64,000 bases of DNA from Bacteroidota bacterium. GTDB taxonomy: Bacteria; Bacteroidota; Ignavibacteria; UBA10030; UBA6906. Below are positions 1 through 6,354 of the stretch, piece after piece. The number at the start of each line of letters is the position of its first letter. The stretch's first letter is position 1. Below the pieces are notes generated by a model that was given only the letters and a program-made list of their open reading frames with translations, did no database searches and was not told the DNA's origin. The DNA lies in contig DASRUE010000044.1 in the NCBI GenBank assembly GCA_035687895.1, positions 3,555-67,554 of the forward strand, read 5' to 3'. A program made the translations under genes and the position numbers.

Positions 1-361
1 GCCCGTAATTCGGAATCAATGTGTATCCGTTCCTTTTGTACAGTCCAATAGCTTCCGGCTGTTTTTTCCCCGTCTCTAATACACACTTTGCATACGATAA
101 TTCGCTTGCCCAATGTTCCAGTTCAGAGAGGATTTTTGTGGCGATCCCCTTGTTTCTGCTCCCAGGCTCAACGTACATGCGTTTGATTTCCATTGTATTC
201 GTCCCATACTCTTTTATGGCTCCGCAACCCAACGGTTTTTCATTTTCATACGCGAGGACGACATACTTGATGTTGTCGATCGTATTGAATTGAGCGTAGA
301 AGGAATGCTCTTCACCGTCCCTTTGTGCAAGGTCCGCGTCAAGTAATTTCACAAGTTCCAT
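1..361 (-). CDS. GNAT family N-acetyltransferase (3' end runs off the window start)
   Basis: This ORF is absent from the ORF track because it has no stop inside the window. The reverse complement from ATG 361-359 reads MELVKLLDADLAQRDGEEHSFYAQFNTIDNIKYVVLAYENEKPLGCGAIKEYGTNTMEIKRMYVEPGSRNKGIATKILSELEHWASELSYAKCVLETGKKQPEAIGLYKRNGYTLIPNYG. It has the acetyl-CoA loop RNKGIATKIL and the YKRNGY tail typical of the GNAT fold. Confidence 0.8.
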   Translation of the reverse strand, partial: MELVKLLDADLAQRDGEEHSFYAQFNTIDNIKYVVLAYENEKPLGCGAIKEYGTNTMEIKRMYVEPGSRNKGIATKILSELEHWASELSYAKCVLETGKKQPEAIGLYKRNGYTLIPNYG

Positions 362-427
362 AAAATCGTGATTATCAGAATTGGTTCTGATGATGTCTAT
401 CATATCCGCTATCTATTCTCGGGTGAC

Positions 428-571
428 GCACAACGTGTGCGCAAACTACGGCACGCACTCCACGCTCTTTATGATTGCGTGCAGCGTGGGGCGAACTCTA
501 CTGAGTTCGCTCCAGTTGCTTTGACCGAGCCTTATCAAATTTTTGAGCGACGTAGTTTGTCGCTGTTATGC
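428..571 (-). mobile_element. attC-like recombination site of the 584..1141 cassette
   Basis: Window + strand: GCACAAC(428-434)-GTGT-GCG-CAAACTACG(442-450) ...100 nt... CGTAGTTTG(551-559)-T-CGC-T-GTTATGC(565-571). The site starts 12 nt after the TGA stop. The R box pairs 6/7 (G.T wobble on the - strand). The L stem is 3+9 bp with a bulged T, and the centre is structured (hairpin 491-510). Confidence 0.6.
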
Positions 572-583
572 GCAGCGCAAGGG

Positions 584-1141
584 TCAATTGTTATAGAGTG
601 TTCCCTTCTGATAAAGTGTGTGAACTCTGAACAGCGTTCGTTCGACGTCGCGTGCGCCAACTTTGTACTTATTGGCAAAGTATCTGAGAATCATCAGATA
701 CCGATACCACTGCTTGAAATCAAATCCCATTCCGTCAGCATTCGTCTTGACGGCACCCATTTTGTAAAGGAGTTGCCAAACTCGAATGTCAATGACACCG
801 TAACGTGTTGGATTGGTAAGCATCAGAATCGAAGATGCCATCGGGACACTGACGCCGTAGAGACTCGTGAGTTGAGACAGTTTCTCTTGCTCACTACGAG
901 TTGCGAACGCTGCTCTTGTAATGTTCTTGATCGTATCTGCACGGTTACGACGAATATGCTTAATCGCTCGCGGCGATTTCCACCGACAAACCTTCACTAA
1001 CTCGGGTTTGGTCAGATAACCCCGCTTTCTTGAACGAGACAATTCATCGATGACCCTCTGAGTGGGAGACCACTCCTTAGTAGAAAGATGAATTCCTATC
1101 AGATGCTGTAATCGTTTGTATGGAAGTTTCTTGAGTGGCAT
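584..1141 (-). CDS. helix-hairpin-helix protein, OGG/AGOG-like DNA-glycosylase fold (function unverified); gene cassette
   Basis: 185-aa ORF. It has the HhH-like motif LTSLYGVSVPMASSILMLTNPTRYGVIDIRVW, preceded by LTKPELVKVCRWKSPRAIKHIRRN. This pattern recalls small OGG-fold proteins. attC-like sites flank it on both sides. Confidence 0.6.
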   Translation of the reverse strand: MPLKKLPYKRLQHLIGIHLSTKEWSPTQRVIDELSRSRKRGYLTKPELVKVCRWKSPRAIKHIRRNRADTIKNITRAAFATRSEQEKLSQLTSLYGVSVPMASSILMLTNPTRYGVIDIRVWQLLYKMGAVKTNADGMGFDFKQWYRYLMILRYFANKYKVGARDVERTLFRVHTLYQKGTLYNN

Positions 1142-1165
1142 GGATAACCTTTCATTTGCGTTGCA

Positions 1166-1298
1166 GCATAACGCGTGCAGGCATTACGCCGGTTGTTTTG
1201 CTGCTATGAACGACTCATTCTTTTTGCGGCAAAACAAATGGAGCGCCCACAATTGTTCTCTTACAAAAAATGGAACGTCGTAATGACTGCTGTTATGC
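1166..1298 (-). mobile_element. attC-like recombination site of the 1293..2312 cassette
   Basis: Window + strand: GCATAAC(1166-1172)-GCGT-GCAG-G-CATTACG(1182-1188) ...90 nt... CGTAATG(1279-1285)-A-CTGC-T-GTTATGC(1292-1298). The R box is a perfect 7 bp, the spacer is asymmetric, and the L stem is 4+7 bp. There is an inner 9-bp hairpin (1193-1201 / 1229-1237). The TAA stop of the ORF lies inside the R'' box. Confidence 0.65.
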
Positions 1299-2312
1299 GA
1301 CGTTTGCGGCAACATCATACTGTAATCTTGTTGTTAGTTCATTTTCGAATCGAGAAACAAAGGGAACTCTATCAATCACGTGGACTTCAAATCTTCTTCT
1401 TACATTGCCGCCCGTTTTGAGACCAAGATCTTCAGCCGTTGTGTAGGTTAGCAAGTTCGGAATTGGACCTAGGAATGCATCGGGAAGCTCATCACGCAGG
1501 CGAGCGAAAGGCAGTTTTTCAAGACTACAAATGATGAGCTTCTCCTTGATGATGCGTTTGGAGCTGAGTCCCACGGCAAAACCAATCTCTTCAAAGACCT
1601 TACTTCGGATGTGATAGTAATTTTGCATTATCGCCTGTAATCTTGCCTTGTGGAATTTCGAGCCGATGTAGAGTGTGGCGACAACAGACTCGTGCTTGTC
1701 ACGTTTAGATGCAACAATGGGAAATACTACGCCCTCAATCGGCTTCACTTCTCTGAGATTGATACGCCGAAGCGTTTTCTTTGAAACTGTAACCAGTTGT
1801 TCTATTCTCGTCCTTATAGGGAGAATGGAAAATGCTGAGGTGTCCCTTTTCTCCTGAAGTTTAGCCTCAACGCTTGCTTTGAGCGGTCGTGTGACATAAT
1901 TGATTCTGCGGAGCAAGCGCTTTTTAAAGGTTGAGTCATCGTGACTACGCCAAGTCACGATATTTTTCATCTGCAAATGGAAATGCACCCGCAGGTTGCC
2001 TTTTGGGTCATCGGTGCGTGGTTTAAGATGGTCCACACGGCAAGTGTATATAACGGGAATCGACCTCTCAGCAAAGCCAGCCTCATAGTAGACGGAAGGA
2101 CGAGCAAAAGATAGATCAGCAACGACAAAGTCAGCATCTAGGATTTCATTGATGATTCTGTTATTGAGATCGTCATTATGCTCAATTCTGATCATGCATC
2201 TGGGAATGACCTCTGCTCTATGCAGCGTCGGCAAAAGAGACTTCTTGAGCAGGAGTTCTGTCTGCTTATCACTGAAGGACATAGCCACAAAGCATTTGAG
2301 TTTACTGGACAT
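1293..2312 (-). CDS. nucleoside 2-deoxyribosyltransferase-like/TIR-like N-terminal domain protein with uncharacterised ~220-aa C-terminal domain; gene cassette
   Basis: 339-aa ORF. The N-terminus reads KCFVAMSFSD ... DADFVVADLS ... RPSVYYEAGFAERSIPVIY (Glu77), the signature pattern of the NDT/TIR-like Rossmannoid fold. I recognise nothing in the C-terminal two thirds. Confidence 0.6.
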   Translation of the reverse strand: MSSKLKCFVAMSFSDKQTELLLKKSLLPTLHRAEVIPRCMIRIEHNDDLNNRIINEILDADFVVADLSFARPSVYYEAGFAERSIPVIYTCRVDHLKPRTDDPKGNLRVHFHLQMKNIVTWRSHDDSTFKKRLLRRINYVTRPLKASVEAKLQEKRDTSAFSILPIRTRIEQLVTVSKKTLRRINLREVKPIEGVVFPIVASKRDKHESVVATLYIGSKFHKARLQAIMQNYYHIRSKVFEEIGFAVGLSSKRIIKEKLIICSLEKLPFARLRDELPDAFLGPIPNLLTYTTAEDLGLKTGGNVRRRFEVHVIDRVPFVSRFENELTTRLQYDVAANVA

Positions 2313-2337
2313 TGATATCGTCTATATTTAGTACTTG

Positions 2338-2359
2338 GTTGCCGCAAATGACGCATAAC
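2338..2359 (-). repeat. GTTATGC core (R'-type) plus 15-nt flank; inverted copy (20/22) of 1292..1313
   Basis: The reverse complement of 2338-2359 is GTTATGCGTCATTTGCGGCAAC, against GTTATGCGACGTTTGCGGCAAC at 1292-1313. It lies 40 nt upstream of the ATG of the 1293..2312 ORF and marks the 5' boundary of that cassette. Confidence 0.6.
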
Positions 2360-2412
2360 TACTGGCTTAACGACACTGTGTCGTACTTACATGTGCCGGG
2401 TAGAGGATATGC
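2353..2412 (-). other. short degenerate attC-like or junction site at the right end of the array
   Basis: GCATAAC(2353-2359)-TACT-GGC-T-TAACGACAC(2368-2376)-T-GTGTCGT(2378-2384)...GCC(2395-2397)...GATATGC(2406-2412). The pairings are nested but the bulges are large and the R box pairs only 6/7. Confidence 0.25.
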
Positions 2413-2520
2413 GACACTCTGTCTTGTCTAATTCGCTTCTGCATGCGGGCTCCTCAATGTAGAGAACCCCTTCGGAAAATCCAATTGGTTTCTTAGCCGG
2501 TTCTGTACGCGCGTCCCTAT

Positions 2521-3486
2521 TCAATCCCTGCGTCTTAGAAGACAAAACAAATGATACCTTCCTCTTCGCAAATCGGAAGAAGCGAGCTTCTTCCGCAGAG
2601 CGTTCATTGCAACAAACCCCGGGACGTGCCTGATTGCCCGTCTCACAGTTCTTTTCCAGCCTCCTGCGTGTGAGCCGGAGAGCCGGGCGACGTTCTCCAG
2701 TCGCGGTGTTCCCAGACTCTCCAAGTGTACAATTTCGAAACCCAGGTCTTGCGCAATGACACCGCATGTGCGGGAGGAAAGATACTGCATGTGCTCAAGA
2801 TCGACACGTAGCTGGACTGGATCGCGTTCCTCAAGGAGGAACGAACCGTTCGGCGTCCAGATGGAGAGAAGTCCGCCCGGCGCAAGGATGGAGCGTGCCT
2901 TCTTCAGGAGCGACAGCGGGTCGAGGGGATGCTCGATCAGGTCATGGAAGGTGATAAGGTCATACGGTTGGTCCGGGGTGAAGTCGAGGAGATCGAGTTG
3001 ATGGATTTCTGAAATGCCAAGGTGACTTCGTGCAAAATCAACAGCCTCCGGGTCGAGATCGATGCCGGCTACGCGCCCGCCGAGTTTTCTCAGCAGCACC
3101 ATCGTCAATCCGATCCCAAACCCGACGTCGAGTGTGCGGGCATTTGCAAGCCTCATGGTTGTGGCGATCTCACGTACTTTGACGTCCGTAAATGGATCCA
3201 TGGCCAGCATTTCCCTCAAGAGAGATGTATCATGCAGGTATTGCTGCATCTCCACCTTCCGATGGTTAGCATAATAGCGGGAGTATAGGTCGTTGAGCGC
3301 TTGAGCTGAAGGTGCGGGCGAGACGAAGAACGCTCCACAGGCGGAACAGGATCGCACGTGCAGGCGATCAGGGCGGATGAATTTCTCTTCCCCTTCGGAT
3401 GAACAGAAGGGGCATCGTCGCGGATGAAGGCGAGCATGGTCACACGGTGGGATACGGGCGTCAAGCGGAGGAAGGGGAGAGATCAT
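2521..3486 (-). CDS. class I SAM-dependent methyltransferase with N-terminal Cys4 zinc ribbon
   Basis: It has motif I LDVGFGIGL and the zinc ribbon CPFCSS...CSACG. The start is placed at the internal ATG (MISPLPP...) of the 2521..3645 ORF, so the exact start is uncertain. Confidence 0.75.
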   Translation of the reverse strand: MISPLPPLDARIPPCDHARLHPRRCPFCSSEGEEKFIRPDRLHVRSCSACGAFFVSPAPSAQALNDLYSRYYANHRKVEMQQYLHDTSLLREMLAMDPFTDVKVREIATTMRLANARTLDVGFGIGLTMVLLRKLGGRVAGIDLDPEAVDFARSHLGISEIHQLDLLDFTPDQPYDLITFHDLIEHPLDPLSLLKKARSILAPGGLLSIWTPNGSFLLEERDPVQLRVDLEHMQYLSSRTCGVIAQDLGFEIVHLESLGTPRLENVARLSGSHAGGWKRTVRRAIRHVPGFVAMNALRKKLASSDLRRGRYHLFCLLRRRD

Positions 3487-3669
3487 CGAAATCAAAAGCG
3501 TCCCATGGTTGCTGGTGCTGCAAAAGCTAATCAACCCCATGGAGATTATCAACTGGATTTCTCTTCTGGTACCCCACTTCTCGCCGTTTCTATTGCTTCT
3601 TGCAAAGAGAAGTGATAGAATTGTCCAGTATTCCGATGCATACATTCACAGAACAAGGAGAAAGCAGAC

Positions 3670-4212
3670 ATGTTACGAAGCCTGTTGGTCACGATCGCAC
3701 TTTTGCTTCTTGGAACGATGTCGTTCGCCCAGACGCCCATTCATGCCGGAAAGGTCGGGCTGGGGATCGACGGGGTCAGTTCGCCCAACCTGATCCTGAA
3801 GTACTTCTTCAATAACCAGCTCGCGGGGCAGGTGATTGTTGGTGTTGAATTCGACTCACCCGGCGGTGACGCTCCACTGGGACTGACGAAGGTAACGGGG
3901 ACAACGTTCCGCGGCGGGCTCTCTTTTCTTTATCATCTGACGCAGACGCAGATGTCGACGTACATTGGTGTGGAAGGGATTTTTCAGTCGGCGCAAATGG
4001 CGGGGTTCTATGTCCAGGAGCCGGATCGGAAGAGCAGTGTTATGGGTGGTGCGGTGCTGGGCGGTGAGTACTTCATCCACGATCAGTTCACGCTCGGGAT
4101 CAAGCAAATGCTCGGACTGGACGTACAACTGAAACGCGATAATCCGGCGGAATCGTCAGATGTAAGGTTTGCAACATCGACTGTGGTGACAGGCCGGTTC
4201 TATTTCGACTGA
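3670..4212 (+). CDS. small outer-membrane beta-barrel protein
   Basis: It has a signal peptide (MLRSLLVTIALLLLGTMSFAQ), alternating beta-strand pattern and an aromatic C-terminus (GRFYFD). Confidence 0.65.
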   Translation: MLRSLLVTIALLLLGTMSFAQTPIHAGKVGLGIDGVSSPNLILKYFFNNQLAGQVIVGVEFDSPGGDAPLGLTKVTGTTFRGGLSFLYHLTQTQMSTYIGVEGIFQSAQMAGFYVQEPDRKSSVMGGAVLGGEYFIHDQFTLGIKQMLGLDVQLKRDNPAESSDVRFATSTVVTGRFYFD

Positions 4213-4240
4213 CCGCTTTCTACAATGCACGACCCAAAGC

Positions 4241-4276
4241 AACCGGAGCGCAAATGCGCTCCGGTTATTTGATTTT
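4241..4276 (+). terminator. Rho-independent terminator
   Basis: An 11-bp stem AACCGGAGCGC/GCGCTCCGGTT with an AAAT loop is followed by ATTTGATTTT. Confidence 0.75.
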
Positions 4277-4386
4277 CAGGGGGTGTTTCTGTACCTTCAT
4301 CCCAGTTTCGGACGCACGTCAGTCTCCCCTGTGCTGAGGCGCAGGGCTCCCTTCCTTCCCAACGCACACTGTCCTGCAGTTCGGTT

Positions 4387-4932
4387 ATGGCTGCTGAAGC
4401 ACTTGCACCCGGTTCGTCAGTTCTGCCGTTTGGTCCGCTCCCCGGAGTTGACGCCAAGAACTATTCACTAACCGACTTCAGCACGGCCAATGTGCTGGTG
4501 GTGGTCTTTTCCTGCAACCACTGTCCGTACGTGCAGGCGTACGAAGAGAGAATGATCGCACTTCAGCTCAAGTACGGGCCGCGTGGTGTTCAACTCGTTG
4601 CAATCAACGCAAACGACACGGCAAATTATCCGGAAGACAATTTCGCGGGAATGGTGAAGCGGGCAAAACTGAAGGGGTTCCCTTTCCCCTATCTTCGTGA
4701 TGAGGACCAGTCTGTGGCCGAAGCTTTTGGCGCGACGCACACGCCGGAGTTTTTTGTGTTTGACAGGGAACGGCACCTTCGTTATCACGGGAAAATGGAC
4801 GACAATTATCGAGACCCGTCGGCGGTGAAGAGAAAGTACCTGCAGGAAGCCATCGAGGCCATACTCGCAGGAGAGACAATTGCGGAGCCGGAAACCCATT
4901 CCATCGGGTGCACCATCAAGTGGAAGTACTAG
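4387..4932 (+). CDS. thioredoxin-fold thiol-disulfide oxidoreductase (AhpC/TSA-redoxin family)
   Basis: It has the CxxC motif FSCNHCPYV and the length and pattern of redoxin-family proteins. Confidence 0.7.
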   Translation: MAAEALAPGSSVLPFGPLPGVDAKNYSLTDFSTANVLVVVFSCNHCPYVQAYEERMIALQLKYGPRGVQLVAINANDTANYPEDNFAGMVKRAKLKGFPFPYLRDEDQSVAEAFGATHTPEFFVFDRERHLRYHGKMDDNYRDPSAVKRKYLQEAIEAILAGETIAEPETHSIGCTIKWKY

Positions 4933-4965
4933 TATCCCCCTATCGTTTCCCTTTACCCGGATAGC

Positions 4966-6354
4966 GTGGATCCCATCGCAGGCCCAACAGGGTTCAACAT
5001 TTATCTGGTTGGCGCCCTTCCATTCATGCTTGCTCTGTCGGTGATGTTATATTATCGACGGAAAGAGCGTCGGGAAAGGTTGGCCACCTTTTCCTGCTCC
5101 GACAAGACGTTCCGGGTTGTGGTCTGCATCGCGGTTCTTGTGTCGACGGGAGGGTTCTGGCTCCTTGAATACAACAAACCGGTTGAGACGCTTTGGGATG
5201 CCTACTATGCCCGGGCGCTGAACATGGTGACGTACGGTGTGTTTGGGTACGGCAATGAGCCGACCGCATTCTTTCCTCCCGGCTACTCCATGTTGCTCCT
5301 TCCATCCGTTGTCGTGCTGGGCCATTCGAAGTGGGCGATCTTCGGGACGAACATGACCTTGCTGCTCGTCGCAGTGTTGGGGTTCCGTTGGTGTCTCCGC
5401 TCGATGCTGTTGAGTACTCACCTTGCGAATATTCTGTCATTGTTTCTTCTTCTGTATCCGACGCGGTTCTTTTCAACATACATCCCATTGTCGGATATAC
5501 CGTTCTCATTGTTTGCGCTGGGAGCATTTGCTTCGATGCTGTTGGTCATCATGAAGAAGGGCGGGACGGCGGCTGTAGTATCGGCAGCTCTCTTCGGCGG
5601 TACCGCGGCGCTCATCCGGCCGAACGGATTGTTCTTGTTCATCCCCATTGCTATCGGTATTGTGTACGCCTCGTCCGCCGGAACTCGTCTGCAGCAATGC
5701 GCAATCCTCAGCGGCGTATTCCTCACCGTGCTTCTGCCGTGGACAGTGCGGAATGTGAATCTGTATGGCACACTCGTTCCGGTTTCCACGAATGGCGGAT
5801 ATAATCTTCTTGCAGGCAACAATCCCACCCGTAGTATCTATGGAGGATACTATCCGGACGTCCTGCTGCAGCGGTCCGGTCAACCCGAATGGAACGAAGC
5901 ACAACGTGACGACTTCTGGTTGCGTGCCGGGATCGCGGAAATCGTTCATGACCCACCAGGGTTTGCGCTGCTGGGCGTCAGGAAAATCATCAGGACATTC
6001 TCTTCCGATACACACAGCCTTGGCGCGCTGCGCGTCCATACCAACGTGGGACAGCTTCCCGGCTGGTTTCTCGCGTTTCTCTATGCGCTCAACAATTTTC
6101 TCTATTATGTTTTTGGACTAAGTCTCCTCGCGACGATCTGGCGACGGTGGAACGAATATGATGTTGTGCGACTGATCTTCATCCTGACGTCAGTAATCGT
6201 TGCCGGGATGGTGTTCGTCTTGTTCGGAGCACCGAAATACAAAGAGCCTTTGAGTACCATCGCCCTCGCCGTCATTGGCGTGTACCTGTCCACGCTCCCT
6301 TATTGCAGGTCTGATCATTACTCCAAATCCTCATTCACAAGGAGCCCTTCGTGA
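4966..6354 (+). CDS. polytopic membrane glycosyltransferase, GT-C type (ArnT/PMT family 39/83-like)
   Basis: 462 aa with more than 10 predicted TM helices and the loop FFPPGYSMLL after the first helices. GTG start. Its stop overlaps the next gene's start. Confidence 0.55.
   Translation: MDPIAGPTGFNIYLVGALPFMLALSVMLYYRRKERRERLATFSCSDKTFRVVVCIAVLVSTGGFWLLEYNKPVETLWDAYYARALNMVTYGVFGYGNEPTAFFPPGYSMLLLPSVVVLGHSKWAIFGTNMTLLLVAVLGFRWCLRSMLLSTHLANILSLFLLLYPTRFFSTYIPLSDIPFSLFALGAFASMLLVIMKKGGTAAVVSAALFGGTAALIRPNGLFLFIPIAIGIVYASSAGTRLQQCAILSGVFLTVLLPWTVRNVNLYGTLVPVSTNGGYNLLAGNNPTRSIYGGYYPDVLLQRSGQPEWNEAQRDDFWLRAGIAEIVHDPPGFALLGVRKIIRTFSSDTHSLGALRVHTNVGQLPGWFLAFLYALNNFLYYVFGLSLLATIWRRWNEYDVVRLIFILTSVIVAGMVFVLFGAPKYKEPLSTIALAVIGVYLSTLPYCRSDHYSKSSFTRSPS

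Larger units (their letters stand above)
1..2359 (-). mobile_element. integron-like gene-cassette array (partial, no integrase in window; CALIN-type or distal part of a chromosomal integron)
   Basis: Three same-strand ORFs are each followed by an attC-like imperfect palindrome with RYYYAAC...GTTRRRY-type ends. The block is AT-richer by eye than the flanking core sequence. See the individual attC features. Confidence 0.55.

Noticed and set aside
368-1000. 210-aa + strand ORF across the GNAT-HhH spacer and the HhH gene
   Set aside because: It runs through the attC-like palindrome and is antisense to the HhH ORF. Its composition is unnatural and it has no motifs.
584-2312. The HhH protein and the NDT/TIR-like protein as an obligate two-gene operon or defence pair
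   Set aside because: A complete attC-like site (1166-1298) separates them, so they appear to be independently mobilisable cassettes. Functional cooperation cannot be inferred from adjacency in a cassette array.
1223-2348. The recurring TTGC-N-GCAA motif (1224-1232, 1304-1312, 2339-2347) as operator sites for a regulator
   Set aside because: Two copies are simply part of the 22-bp cassette-end repeat. The third lies in the inner hairpin of the attC-like site. No separate regulatory explanation is needed.
1292-2359. The 22-bp inverted repeats as ends of a phase-variable invertible segment or a MITE/IS
   Set aside because: No recombinase or transposase lies inside or nearby. The repeats coincide with the GTT/AAC cores of attC-like sites, and the neighbouring cassette shows the same end-complementarity. 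Cassette boundaries therefore explain them better. Inversion is not formally excluded.
2521-3486. The methyltransferase as a fourth cassette
   Set aside because: Its composition matches the GC-richer core. No convincing RYYYAAC box follows its stop, and no GTTRRRY-type core or palindrome is visible in 3487-3669.
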